A stretch of DNA of 64,000 nt from Bigelowiella natans CCMP2755 (lineage: Eukaryota; Protista; Cercozoa): the NCBI GenBank assembly GCA_000320545.1, contig ADNK01000979.1, forward strand, positions 38,805 to 102,804, in the 5' to 3' direction. Positions 35,027 through 48,715 of the stretch are shown one piece after another. Every line of letters starts with the position of its first letter. Positions within the stretch are counted from its first letter, which is position 1. A model generated the notes under the pieces. It made no database searches. It was given only the letters and a program-made list of their open reading frames with translations, and was not told where the DNA came from. Made by a program: the position numbers and the translations under genes.

Positions 35027-36814
35027 CTAGGTAGTGCTATACTTCATGTACTCTCGTAGCACTGCAGGAACAGAAGTCACTGGAATCTGCCCAACTTCTG
35101 TGACAACCATGCTTACAAAGCGTGCGGGCGTCAAATCGTACGTTAGATTGAGGAGTTTAAGGTTCTTAATCTTCCGCCAGTCTGCGAGCGAGTTCTTGTC
35201 CTCAGTGACATTGTTGACTTTCCCCCGTGTGTCTTTATCAATTTTTACCAAATCTTCAGGGTCCCCTAGCTCGTTAAACGAAATGGAGGACACCTGGACG
35301 CGTTCGTGAAACTTGTAGGTCTCACAGCATACGATTACGGGGATATTATAGACATCAGCCATCATGCCAACCACTGCTGTGCCGACACGAGAAAGGACAG
35401 CCCCGTTTGCAAGGATGGCGGAAGCACCAATCATAACTTTTGTCACTTCCTTCATCACGTAAGACAAGCCGTTCAAAAGAATGTAAGTGCAGTCGATGCC
35501 TTTATCGACAAGGCGCTTACCTAGAGCTTTCCCTTCAAACTTCGGTCTTGAATCTACAATCACCACTCGAAATTTCCTGTTCTCTTCCTTAGCTTTTGTG
35601 ATAACATTTTCCACAACCTTACTCCGTGCATATGTCATTATGACATCTCCATCCTGAATCCGCTTCGCGCCTTCGCGAGCAATCACCTGGTCTGCAATTT
35701 CTATTCTTTCGTATATAAACTCATCGATTTTTTCCAGTATCGACTCTTTGCCCTGTGTCAATGAAACACCGTTTTCCAAATTGTTAATGGCCGTCTTAAT
35801 GTATCGAATTGCGTTCCCCATTCCCAACGACATAACACGACAGTCGACAGCTACAAAACGGATAATGGGTTTGAGCATATCCATCAAGTCCCTCTTCATT
35901 TCCTTTCCTTCATTTCCCTCAAAATCGCGAACAGCGTCCTTCAATGCTGTCAACATTGCCATACAACGAGCGTTGGATCCTACAATAACTCCCTCTGCGA
36001 ACTTCACACCCAGCCGAAGAATGGCGGGATGAATCTCCTCCTTATCTAAGCCGACTTGAAGAGAAACTGCGTGATGACCTTCATATTGAGGCAGATGGGA
36101 GAAGATAGGCACCCGTTTTTGCTTCTGCACGGAAGTGCGATCAAGGACCCGAAGCTTGTTGAATTTTACCATTCTTTTGGGATCGTCGTATTGCATAGAG
36201 ACCTGGACTTGTGGCTGCTTTCCCGAGTGCTTTCCTGAGTGCTTCCCTGAATGCTTTCCTTTGGGCTTCTGCTCGCGCTTTTTGTGTGGATGATTCTGGA
36301 ACGATGATGGGCTGTTTGACAAGGACTGCTGCTGCTGCTTTTTGGACTTTTTCTTCGAGTTTTGGTGCTTCTTCTCTGTCTTCTGGGAATCTTTTTGACT
36401 TTCTTTCTGTGACCCTTTCCCTTGCTCCCGTGGCAGTTTTGTTTCAGTCTGCGTGCTTGAAACCTTCTGTCTCAATGTTTCTAGTTGCGCTTCCTTCGCC
36501 ATTACAGCCTTTTTTGCGGCAATTTCCTGTTGATCGTCTATGGCAACGCTATCGGGTACAACAGCAGTGTTGTTTCCACGGCGAGATTTGGCAGGTACAC
36601 TTCCGCCGTGATCAGTCGGAGGGATTAGGGGAGATAAAGTTGGCGAAGATTCTATGTTGAATCCTGTGACTCTTACAGTCTCCCGCCTCGCCTTATAATC
36701 ACTCGCGCTTCTTTTTTGTCGGGTTGCACCCCCATAACTCCTACCAGAAGTATTAGCGATTTCGCTAGAGTCCGACCATCCTTGTAGGCCCGATTCCTTG
36801 TTTAGAAAAGCCAT
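35027..36814 (-). CDS. EIF2B4: Translation initiation factor eIF2B subunit delta
   Basis: IFSHLPQY, IHPAILRLG, GSNARCMAML, MGNAIR, VDSRPKFEG, GAVLSRVGTA, CCETYKFHERVQ, NELGDP, LNLTYDLTP. Apparently one open frame; first in-frame ATG at 36814. Confidence 0.93.
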   Translation of the reverse strand: MAFLNKESGLQGWSDSSEIANTSGRSYGGATRQKRSASDYKARRETVRVTGFNIESSPTLSPLIPPTDHGGSVPAKSRRGNNTAVVPDSVAIDDQQEIAAKKAVMAKEAQLETLRQKVSSTQTETKLPREQGKGSQKESQKDSQKTEKKHQNSKKKSKKQQQQSLSNSPSSFQNHPHKKREQKPKGKHSGKHSGKHSGKQPQVQVSMQYDDPKRMVKFNKLRVLDRTSVQKQKRVPIFSHLPQYEGHHAVSLQVGLDKEEIHPAILRLGVKFAEGVIVGSNARCMAMLTALKDAVRDFEGNEGKEMKRDLMDMLKPIIRFVAVDCRVMSLGMGNAIRYIKTAINNLENGVSLTQGKESILEKIDEFIYERIEIADQVIAREGAKRIQDGDVIMTYARSKVVENVITKAKEENRKFRVVIVDSRPKFEGKALGKRLVDKGIDCTYILLNGLSYVMKEVTKVMIGASAILANGAVLSRVGTAVVGMMADVYNIPVIVCCETYKFHERVQVSSISFNELGDPEDLVKIDKDTRGKVNNVTEDKNSLADWRKIKNLKLLNLTYDLTPARFVSMVVTEVGQIPVTSVPAVLREYMKYSTT

Positions 36815-37151
36815 GATTTGAGGGTTTTTTTGGAAGGACTTTGCGAGTTGCGGGCTATGGCCAGAGCTTAGCCTCGCTTCCGCTGCCTCCGGGGTTTTGG
36901 ACTCGATCTCATCGAGAGCCCGGGTCAATTCTCCAAGGTCGTTGGAATTTCATGCGCGCTTCTTCTGAAGGAGCAACACCCCCTCCGTAATCAACACACG
37001 CACTCGATCCTTTTCGTGGGAGAGGGTTGGCGTAATCTGGAGACTCTCGTGAGGTCCAATTGCCGAGAGACTCTTCAGAGTTTCGCACTTGCAACTAATA
37101 ACCCGGGGATTACTCGGGTTTCCCGCTAGTTCCCGTGACTCTTTCCCTGCA

Positions 37152-38260
37152 ATGGATGACGCACGAGGCACTGTGGCTCTTACCTGCGGCGCGTATAAGA
37201 AGATCGTCCAGCATTGTGCCAAGAATACCTACCGTCCTGTGCTGGGACTTCTTTTATCTTCTAGTTCCTCTGGCGATGCCAAGGAATCTTTGACGGTGTC
37301 AGGCGTAGTGCCCCTGTTGCATAATTATGCACTTGGGCCTATGCTAGAACTCGCGATGGCGCAGGTAGCGGCCGTGGTGCTGGGAGTTATTTGATGATGA
37401 TGCCATTAATTTTTGATATCATTGAGTATGAATTACCAATTCATCTTGTCATCAATTTGAACCCAGGCGTATGAATACTGCAAGGAAAAGAAATTGCAAG
37501 TCGTAGGATGCTATTGGGCAAACGAACTGGCGGATGATATGGTGGAATTTTTATTTTTCTGAATCAATTGCCAATGGCTTGTACTTCTTATATCTCTTTT
37601 ATACACACCCGTAAACCAACACATGCGCAGAGGGGGGGGGGCGAGAGAGAAAGCGCGAAGCGCAAAAACCTTTTGGACTGCGCTAATTCTACGATTTAGC
37701 CATATGATTTCGTGAGCTGAACTCTGACGGACATATATTCTGTCTCTGTGGTAACACCACCAACAATTTTTTAGAGCGTTCACAGAATTGCAAAAAAAGT
37801 TGGGGCCTGTATCTCTAAGTTCTTCAATAGCGCTTTTGTATTAGTGGTATGTTAAGTACGACTAGCGATACGATATAGTACTCTAGCGAATGTTTTGGTG
37901 TTTTGCAATCTAACTTATTCAACGCTGGTAAGAACCATTTGTTGGCATATTCAAATCTGTGCATCCCCGCACAAAAATGGGCGGGTAATGAAGTTGATAA
38001 GACACAATTCTACTTGCTGTAATCAGATCGACAATATGGTGATCGGTAAAGAGTTGAAAAAGAATGATAATGATAGTTATGACCTAGGATGCAAGGCATT
38101 CCAAGTCAAAAGTGAAAAGCAGTACGACGTTGTATTCGCGAAGTCTGGGAAAGAGGAACTTACGAATCTGAAGGAATGGCTTTCATCAAAAAAATTGGGC
38201 AACATAGTAGACTTTGAGGATCATCTAGAGAACGTGAACCTTGAGTGGCTCAACGTATAA
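37152..38260 (+). CDS. EMC8: ER membrane complex subunit 8/9 (UPF0172)
   Basis: AYKKIVQHCAK..VLGLLL; VPLLHNYALGPMLELAMAQ; VVGCYWANE; IVDFEDHLENVNLEWLN*. Spliced. Confidence 0.85.
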
Positions 38261-39359
38261 ATAGTGTCATTGTAATTTGAAATCTCTCTGCGAGATGTTT
38301 CAATTTGCAAGGTGTCAGTAAAATGCAGAATCACACTCCCAAGCACTTTAAACGTGCGAGCTGCCCGGGTGATTGCGACTGACAGTCAATGCTTGTGCAA
38401 GCGGTGTATGTGATGCATGAACTGCATGCATGCATTGCCATATGCACTGCACGCACAGAGATTCTACACATGTGTAGCGATGTCTCTACGATGCACTGCT
38501 AGTGCATCCCAATGGGCAGATCGTCTGCTGCGCACACTGCATGCAGAATGCAAGCGGTCTACGTTACGCAGCAAGCCCGAAGAACAATCCTAGCCTGCCA
38601 ATGTCCATGCAGCGGCGAGGCACTGATGCGATCTAGCGATGTGGCATGCCAGCATCTAGACATGTCTGTGGGCGTTCGAAATGAGAGCATGGCAGTGCGC
38701 TGTGCTTCTCCCCAACAAATTTCAAGCGGTAGTAGGTCTAGAGGTGTCGTCTACCATTTCTGGATTTGCTCGCATGCGCAAGCATGACAAGTTCTAGAGT
38801 TGGCCATTGAATGCGTTTCACACACTTGTTTTTTCACTTGTTTTTTCAAATGCAATGAGCGTCACTGCAGCAATTCTGGAATTGCGCGAGGGCAAACCAT
38901 GCTGGCATGGCATTTTCATCAGCGCAGCGCAGTTGCGCGCACAAGCATCAGCAAGTTGTGGCAGCCCGCCATGTTGCACGCCAGCAGCACCAATCTAGCA
39001 CTAGAGCAATGCAAGCAACAACGACGTGCAATGAGCATTGGTTGCTGAAAGACGCACCTGATGGGCCAGCAGCGGGTGTGATCCATCTAGCCATCCTCGC
39101 AGATCGTGATTTCGCAACGTTGCACACGCATTGCTCAATCCATTCTGATCTGGCATTGACAGCCAGTGTCACCAAAAATTCTGAGACACTAGACATCACA
39201 AGCTGCGTCCGACGCGGACAACAGCAGTCCACATGCTCATCAGCAAGTTCCAGAGTTGGCTCAATGCGCACACGATGAGCCCACGATGAGCCCACCTTGG
39301 CATCAGGTAGCCAGCCAGCCAGCAGGCTGGCAGGTGCTGTTCCGCGCTTTCGGCTGTTC

Positions 39360-40100
39360 CTGTGCAAGAACAAACACAACACGGAACACGGAGAAGATGA
39401 AGATGTGAAGAAGAAGAAGAAGAAGAAGAAGAAGAAGAAGAAGAAGAAGAAGAAGACATGGCACTCGAACATCGCCGAGGCAACACCATGCCAGCACGTC
39501 TAGACGTGCACACCTGTTCAGCAATGCCAGAATGGTTGGCACGCTCAAAGCTCATCAAAGAATCAGGGTGAATCAGCGACGTCTTTCATTGCAAAATTGC
39601 ATCGCTGAAAACAGCAGAGGACGCCAGAGAACAAGAAGAGGAGATGGAGAAGCACAGCAAGGTGAAAAAGTGATCAAACAATCATTGAGTTCGCTGCTTT
39701 CCGACCTCTCCACGGCTCCCGACGAAGTCGCTGGAAGAGAAATTGCACACTGAACTTCGAGTTTGTGCTGTCACTCCACATGTGCTGTGCACAGAGAAAC
39801 TTGGTTCAGGCAAGGCCATGAAAGACGACCCGACGGACGAACCAGCGGTCGTCGATTGCAGAATCGCTAAATCCAGGAAAATTTCGGATGTTCATCTCCT
39901 GGAAAAAGTATTATTGCTTTCTTCTACTGCGACAGCATTTGGCAATTGTCGTAGGATGAAAACGGCATCCTGTTTACATGCGAATCGACAGCAGATAGAT
40001 CCCACCAGCGATGATGAGCGACTCTGATGATGATGATGATGATGATGACCCTGGCAGGAACATGATGGACCATTTCGATGATGGGATCGTGCCGAACAGT
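39360..40100 (+). pseudogene. Possible decayed gene relic inside a TpA-depleted spacer
   Basis: Short protein-like pieces (KIASLKTAEDAREQEEEMEK; MMSDSDDDDDDDDPGRNMMDHFDDG) with (GAA)n and (GAT)n tracts, but no continuous frame. Confidence 0.25.
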
Positions 40101-40488
40101 AAACACGATTCCTAACAGCAACACAATACCAAATTTAATTTGAAGTGAAAGCACGTTCTCATTCGATTGCTCGGAATGTGTGTGCCTAATCAGTGCCGCC
40201 CCCTCTCCCAAAGCGGATGCAAGGTTCGACTTCTTTCCTCTACATTTCAGCACAGCCTGTACTCATCAGTTTCATCTTCTCTCTCTGGGAAGGAGATTTC
40301 ATGCCTTAACATGCGTTCGTCGGCAGTGTCATAGCTAGCTTTGCAGCGCAGAAATGGCATGGCAGCAAACCACAATTTTCTTTAAAGAACCCGAAAGTAC
40401 AACTACGATTACGGGAGGATTGATATTCGCTTTGGTTTCTCGCTAACTAAGCTTGTTGCTCATTGGTACTCAATATTCTTTAAGGAAA

Positions 40489-40785
40489 ATGGGATTTACG
40501 CGCAGTCTATTCATTGTGCCGATTCGCACTGAGGCGGTATGGAGTGAGGCCGAGGTTGCTGACGGCTGTTGTGAGTCACCGCTCCCGTCAGGAAACGGAG
40601 TTCTTTTGCGATGTCTACGACATTCTTCGAAACCTGCACATTCAGCATCCGGTTAGACTAGCCCCCACAAAATCCAACAACCATACAGTGCATTTGTTTT
40701 TCCTTTAGACAAGTATATCGGAGGGGATAGATACGATGCGATAGTGCAAACACACACGCACGCACGCACACACGCACGCACCACT

Positions 40786-40829
<44 letters not shown>

Positions 40830-42765
40830 TATATTCTATATTCATACATGATGTGTATGTGTTTTGTGATTTCTCGATCTGAAGCTGGCTCTGGCCTTGC
40901 TTGGAGTTGTCAAGGGTCAAAGAGATGAATATGGATTTGGCATGACCTCATTGTTGGCGTTGATAGGTACTTATGATGATGATATTAATAATATATATAT
41001 GATAAAAGTTTGATCCTAGTAGCTACTGTGATTAGAGCGCACAACCGAATCTCAATAAGATGGGTGCATTGGGAACGAAACATTGATAGTGCTTGATGAT
41101 CTTGTTGAACGACGTTTCGGTATTTCCTGTAATATTCGAAGGCATTCTCATGATTTCTTATTCCTGACCACGATTTTAATTCTCATGCTCACAATGGCGA
41201 CAGGAAAGCTATGTTTGGAGTACGAACGGCTATCTTCCACGTGGAGAACGTCGCCGAGTATATATATTCAAGGTCAGACAAAGAGGCGGCAGGGAGGGGG
41301 GGAATCGGTGATTTATTTCATAAGAGCCATGTTTAGTTGATCGCTGGGGTAGTGAACAGACGCAGATGATAAAATTATTTGTGTGTTGCTGATGATAACC
41401 ATCTCAAGCCATCGATCATGCGGATGTATAATTAACAGATGCTCAACTTGCATGATATGTGTGTGCATTCCAGAGCTGGAAACCTCTGAGATATCGGTCC
41501 GTAAGATACTGGCCGATGGTGCTGTTTCCCTAAGCCATATATTGCAGCAACAACAACAACAACTTGAAGAAAAAGAAACTACTTCTATCTCGGAGTCGTC
41601 CTCATCCCTACTTCGCCATGGAAAGACGAAGGAAAAGAAGAAGGGGGGGGAGAAGAATCACGTCCTGTACTCGACATCATCATCATCATCACCGCCCTCG
41701 TTACCATCTTCGTCGCCATTATCAGCACTATCACCATCGCCTCAATCATCTAGAACAAAGATTATATCTGCCCATTCTTCTTCTCCTTCATCATCGTCAT
41801 CTTCTTCTTTCCCCTCTCAGAAGTACAGCACTCTTCCGACCCAGGATCTTAAACAGGTTTTACAGCTAATAGCGATATGTACTTATCTGATGGCGGGAGA
41901 GGCGCTATTTAGTTGCTCACCTATCTTTGCACATGCTTTCATACATAATCTAATTTTCATTCACATCGTCGTCATCATCATCATCATCAGCAGCAGCAGC
42001 AGCACAATCACTTGCTGGAGATACCTGAAGATGTCAAATGGTTCTTCGAGGACGACAACAACGATACCGATGCCGACGCCTTCATAAGCCAAAACAAGCA
42101 AGCTTGTGCAGAATTATCACCCTCTACCCACTCCCTGCCCCCCCCTTCATTCTCCTCCTCCTCCTCATCCTCCACGGGAATTGGGATTGAAGGAAGACGA
42201 ATAGATACGAAGGAAGGGGGAGAGGATGCGAGGAGAGCTTTGATGATCACTTCGAGGGAAAGCAAAGAAGAAGCTGCTAGTAATGACGACAACAATAAGT
42301 CCTCGATGATAGAGAATACGAGTGCTACTGCTGCTGCTGCTGCTGCTGCTACTGCTCTCGTAAAGCAGTCTCGGCATATACAACAAGAAGACCATTATGG
42401 CTACGGCATCTATCGGTAGTTCTTGAACGAATCAGTGTATACTTCGCACTTAAATGGGCAATAAGCGAGGGAGAAATAGCTCTCTCTTTCTCTCTCTCTC
42501 TCTCCCTCTCTCTCTCTCTATCTGCTATCTGCTATCTTTCTCTGCTCTCTTTCCACTGTACTAAACACATATACAGCATCATATGCCTCTCTACATGCAT
42601 AAAAATAAAATCCCGTGCGTCGTCACACCAAACTTATAACGGCGGTATGACACATACTACTCTGTCTCCCCTCCCACAATCACTACTAGGCCACGTGACT
42701 GTGTGCAGATTCAAGGGCTAAAGTCTAATAAAGGTGCTAGCAGTCACAACTCTGCCCACACCTCC

Positions 42766-42832
<67 letters not shown>

Positions 42833-44751
42833 TCATAAAGATAGCAAAGACTTTTACCAATCTTGCCTCCACATGAAATTCGCGGTTTGATTAACTCCCT
42901 TCCGATGTTCAGGTCGGCTACTCAATGGGCGCTTTGGGCATATCGTTGGTTTTGACGCGAAGAAGGAGAGGTTGTCGAACCGAAACAATGCCTTCGTTCC
43001 GCTTTACATTATTTTCTTCTTCCATCAGGCATTTGGTGGTACTCATGCATCAAAGCGAAAAGAAGAAGACGACGACGACGGGCGGGGGGGGGGGGCGAGA
43101 GGGGGGGCAGCACCACTGCTGCTACGTGCGCAAGGGGATAAAGCATTCAAACTTGAAGAAAGGACCGTTGTGTGGCCTTGGTATCATACTTAATACACAC
43201 ACACACACACACACACACACACCCACACACAAACACACAATATAAGATTTCTATGAAGGCCTTAACATGGCTACCGAGAGCTGCTGATGATTTTCTTCCA
43301 GAGGCTGCTATTATCACAACTCCCTTTTCGTTCTGTGCAATTTCGCCATGTATGTTTCTCATACGATTTCTTTCGAAAATACACCAAAAAGTCCATTTTG
43401 CGATCTCCACACACAAACGTGGAACATAGACAACAACAACAACAACAACAACAACAGGCTATTTGGACGAAATCGTGAGGACCGCGAATCGCAATATTAA
43501 AGTGGGTAGCATGGTAGTAGTGGCAAAACAAGTTGAATTGTGTTTCCGCTGCTTATCATTTCGACGCTGACGCCGCGTCACTTACAGGGAAAACCTCATC
43601 GGTGATTTATCCGCCACCTGACATATCCCTCATCTCCCCATTTCGGGCTTGTAATGATATGATATCTAGGACGATCACGACACCAGCGGTATCGTATTGA
43701 AGGCTGTACGCTTGGCGCTGAATGCTACCGACCAAATCCACATCAAGAAGGTCAGTTACTGCTGCAGAGCAGTCATATCTATGTTCTCATCGTTGCCCGT
43801 CGTGAGGAGATGCTCATGCTGCTTGTAAGGACAAAAGCTGGAGTTTGGACGAGAGTGACATCATCTACTCGGTGTACAATAATAGCAGCCCCGTACCCTC
43901 TGCGGGTGTACCGCCGTGGACTTTAGATCAAATCAAGTTGAATGTCAGGGTAACTACCAACTCGTTTGTCGTTTCTAGCTCCTCCTCCTCCTCCTCCTCT
44001 TCCTCCTCCTGATTCAGGGAACATCTCTTAACAGATGATAGCAGTTGGTTGTTGAGTTGTTGTCTTGTTGTCATGCCGTTCCCCCCCCCCCCCCCCCCTC
44101 TCCCAGATTGGACCGAATAGACCTTGGAGAGCATTTGTGGTAGTAGTAGTAGTAGTAGTGGTAATAGTAGAGGGTGGGTGGATTACAATACTTTAAAAAA
44201 CTACACACACGCACGCACGCACGTATGCAACGAATTTAAAAATTGTTCACTACCGCACCCGAATATGATGCTTAAACATATAATATGTATGTATTTTTGC
44301 CCATGATGCTTCTTCGCAAAGGGCTCGTTTATGGATTTAAGACGCCCATACTCGTCATCATCGATGTCGCGCCTTGCTGCCGCCATCTACACTACTGAAG
44401 ATGCTACCGAGGTAAAAGAGGGAGAGGAAGAAGACAAGACTTTGCTCAAAGGTAGTACAGTGTACTATACCAGTACTGGTTCAAGGAATATGTTTTTCAA
44501 AAGCAATATATAAGAGTTGTTCTTGTATCTGCTTAGTCACCAATATCGTGGTACCTTCCTCTTGATCTTGTTCTCCCTTTTCTCCTTCTTGTTGATGTTT
44601 GAAAGGAGTGGTTTTAGTAGCGGGGCCTTTGAACGTAAGAGGTGGAGATGGGAGGAGAATCGGAGGGGATAGTGATGGCAGCTACGTGAAGAACTACTTC
44701 ACAAACGCCACAGCGCTTGGTATGTGTAACATCAATCCACTCAAATATATG

Positions 44752-44792
<41 letters not shown>

Positions 44793-44827
44793 GTGTGCGT
44801 GTTTCTCTCTACACTTGCACATCTCGC

Positions 44828-44875
<48 letters not shown>

Positions 44876-45496
44876 TGTGTATGTGTTGTTACTGTACAGA
44901 ATCTATGCATAAGGCTAGCTGCTCAGTTGACACGATGAATCGCGTGAGAAACCAGGTGATTCTTGCCGAAAACAAGGGCGGGGAGCGCACAACTGCGCCA
45001 TTAGAAGCGATGTTGTTGTGTGGGATGGTCAGCAGTTTTTCTCCACATCCACCGACACATTTGGGATCATGCTTTACACAGAGAAACACGTTGAATATTG
45101 ACGCCGAAGCCGTTGATAATGATGTATAATTTTTTGTATATTGTGACAACAACGCTGTCTCCCCTCTCTCCCTTCCCCCCCCCCCCCCCCTCCTCCTCCT
45201 TCTCCTCCTCATCCTCCTCCTCCTCATCCTCCTTAACGACAAAAAGCTCGAATCTTGGAAGCATTCAGGTCATTCAACTTAATTTCACACTACATGAGCG
45301 ATTGTGGTTGTATGTGCGCAGATAAAAATGTGTCACATAACATACAGGAATCGACGTGGTGTTGTGCAGCGACGATGTGGACGATGTGTACGTTCAAATG
45401 GCCGCTGAGAAGGAAATTATAAGTACTCTTCATTCACATACTCGCTCTGTTACATATATGCGTTACATATATGTGATATATGTATATGTGTATGTA

Positions 45497-45534
<38 letters not shown>

Positions 45535-45613
45535 TTATATTACACCAATGTATAGTTAATCGGTTTTTCAAGTAAAAATGTGCATTATAGACGTGATATG
45601 TATGTAGAATGTA

Positions 45614-45662
<49 letters not shown>

Positions 45663-47225
45663 GCGGGGGGAGATGGTTGTCTTGATGGTTGTCTTGACGA
45701 TGTGTTTCTCGTTCCTTAGTCCTTGGTCATATCCCACTTCAAAAGATGAAGGTTTGCCTCCATTTAATGCTAGCCAGGGCGCATGAAGAGGGTTCTGCAG
45801 TAAAGCGATGAACAATGGCGGCGTTTCGCAGATTAATAGAGAATTAAATAAAACAATCGCTCCAGTGCATGCGCACGATGCATATGTGAAAACGTACTCG
45901 GTATTTTTTTTTAGGATGTATCCTCAATAAATGGTACGCCTTTTACAACTTCGGGTACGGAGCACACACACAAACGTATCCGCAGAGCGTGGAAATAAGG
46001 ATTTGAAAACACCGATGATTTTATGTCACGCGACACGACTAAACCAATGCAGGACAAATGTCATTGATGTTTCCGCTTGAATTTCTATGAAAACAGCAGC
46101 AGCCCATATAATATTAAAGGTCTCTTATTCTTCTTCTTCTTCTTCTTCCCCATCTTTGAATCATCATTCCAAGGACGAATGAAGCAGAGAGTGTCGCCAA
46201 TTTACATAACAAAGTGTCGGTTATCGTTGGAACACATGGTAATTGAAATAGTGGTAGAACGTGAAGGTTGGGGCGGGGGGGGAGAAGAGGTGGGGGTAGT
46301 TGCAGATTCTGTGCATGAAAAACAGTTTGTAAGACGAATAACAACGAAACTACACGCAAGTATTCCCCCTCTTTCCCTGTCTAATCTTCGAGATTTGCTT
46401 TAGGGCCGAGATGTGGAGGAGGAGGAAAGCAGTGAGGATAGGAGGAGTATCACTCGGCGGCGATTATCCTTAATTATTCGCCATCCTGCCGCTCACAACA
46501 ACAAGGAGGGTTCAGAAAGAAGAAGCAGCGAAGTGCATAGAAGAAGGGCATGTTGTCGTTCAAGGGTGCATGTAGTTTTGCAAAGGCCATCAGGTGTTCC
46601 ATAGCTCTTTATCCTTTCTGTCTATAATCACACGCACGCACACACAGACACACACACGTACACACTCATTGGAAGGACAGAAAAAGAGTAATCATGCTTC
46701 ATCTCTATCATTTCCCATTATCTTCTTCTTCTTCTTCCTCTGCTTCTGCTTCTTCTTTTTCTTCTCCTTTGTCATCGACCCTGTGTGTGATGACAGCCGG
46801 CCACGCATGCCAAGCTGCCAGCACGTTCCTTGGCATTTTAGCCCGTGTAAAAGGTCCACATCATCGCTGTTGTCGTCGTCTCTGTGCATCGTGTGCTACC
46901 ACAGAGCATTCCAAAGTAGTTTGAATTCAGCATCGCAACCCAGAGCAGCATTTGTTGGTGATGATTTCTACACATAGCTGTTATTACTATCCCATCCTCT
47001 TGCCTCGCGTTTCTCTTCTGAAGTGTCGTCGTTCCGATCAGTGTTGCTCGCACATCTCACACCAACGAGCTATGCACTGCCGCGGATTCTCCTACCGGGT
47101 AGTCGTGTCTTGTCTTTGCGTAGATGAGCGAAATGATATACACCCCGACACCAGCTTGGCGAATTTTCATCGAGTATATTTCGATTCCAAAGAGAAGCTT
47201 CTACCAAAAAAGGCTGCGCGCGGAG

Positions 47226-47267
<42 letters not shown>

Positions 47268-48438
47268 CGGGGGATGTGAGGTTTCCTCCTCCTGCATTTG
47301 TTTTATTCATTTCCATTTGCTATGTATCATCGCTCTAACATGGCCTGTGATGATATATAGTAATGACGGAAGTGCAGTGTGCAAAACGAATGCCAGAAGG
47401 GTACTCCTCCCCTCCCCATATCTGAACATCATGTGTTATACGATGACGTACATATAATCTGTGCTGATGCGGGTTTGTGGGATGGAGAGGCGAGCGAGAC
47501 TCCTCTGTTTTTCAAAGTGCAATAAATTCATATGTTTATTCTCTGGTTGATGTAGGGTGATGAAGAGTGTGCTACTGTCCTTGGAATCCACATGGGTACT
47601 ATTGTAGTAGTACCAGTAGCAGTGGGGAGGGTAAGGGTGGGGGGAGAAGGAGGAGGAGGGACATTGCTATTTAAACTACCAATAAACAGGTAGAGTCATG
47701 ATGCACTTATTCCAACAAGATTGCGTGTATATGTTTTTGCGATTACATATTCATTTGTTTATCTCTTTGGTGCTTTTACGTGCGCACAGCCCCCCCCCCA
47801 CACATGTGCGTGCGCGCGTACAAGTACCCGATGTACTTATTCATTCTTCATTGATATGGTTACTGTTGCACAATAATTCGGTTGTTTCCCTCAGAAGCGG
47901 AACAATCACATCAGCGAAGACAACGATGACGCTGATGTACAGGTAATTTGAATTCTTTTTGAAAGTCGCTACTCTATATATCATGTTCTGCTCCTCCTCC
48001 TTGGCGGGGACTCTTCTCTAGCTTGTGCACCATGCTCTTTTTACATTGTTGCAATGTAGGAACACGATGACCGAAACCGTCCGCACAACTTCTACTTGGG
48101 CAAAGGTAACGCCTTTCGATAGGCAGCGAGATTTTTAAATAGTCAATGAGTTCTCAATGGCGGTTACTTACATGTACGCGTGTGTGTTCATAGGTCGTGG
48201 TGGTGTGAGCTTCCTTCCTACAAAGTGCGCGATCGTCAGGTTTTCAAAATAGCTGATTGTAGAGAGTAGAGAGGGGGAGGGAGAGAGGAAAAGCGGTATG
48301 CTAGTTTTAGATCGTTTCATTCTAGCATTAGTTCATGCAAGCATCACTTTCTGCGATGAATTTGGTATCCATCTATGTTTTAGGCGTGCTGTCGCCTTCA
48401 TGCGTCTTGCCCTTACATGTGATACCATTACGACATAA
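40489..48438 (+). CDS. BBS12: Highly intron-split chaperonin-like Bardet-Biedl protein, BBS12-like
   Basis: DILRNLHIQHP; LLGVVKGQRDEYGFGMTSLLALIG; EDVKWFFED; terminal TKCAIVRRAVAFMRLALTCDTITT*, which resembles the BBS12 C-terminal K...RRA...LxL.TD motif. Start and internal exons are uncertain. Confidence 0.6.
42480..47270. repeat. Dense intronic microsatellites: (CT)n, (CA)n(TA)n, (GT)n, (TAG)n, (GA)n; representative of introns across the window
   Basis: Examples at 42767-42828, 44755-44870, 45617-45658 and 47230-47265. Confidence 0.9.
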
Positions 48439-48584
48439 GCTGGCGTCAAAGAAGCCGTTCAATCGCCTTCGGAAAGTTGCATACTCGCTTAGGGTTGGAA
48501 ACGCTTGTATATATGTGTGCGCACACCCTAAAATAATCAGCAAGCTAATAGTGCACTGCGTTTCGATGGCGGTCAAGTCAAGTA

Positions 48585-48664
48585 GTATAATAGACATAGT
48601 AATAGCATATATAATATATATATGATATTACGTGTCTATAATAAACATAGTAATAGCATATATA

Positions 48665-48695
<31 letters not shown>

Positions 48696-48715
48696 GATAT
48701 TACGTGTCTATAATT
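48585..48715. repeat. Local tandem duplication of a roughly 55-bp AT-rich unit, with a (TA)n expansion in the second copy
   Basis: ACATAGTAATAGCATATATAATATAT...GATATTACGTGTCTATAAT occurs twice. Confidence 0.8.

Noticed and set aside
38512-39558. Overlapping ORFs on both strands, including poly-F/K/S/L runs
   Set aside because: Artefact of TpA depletion plus a (GAA)n microsatellite.
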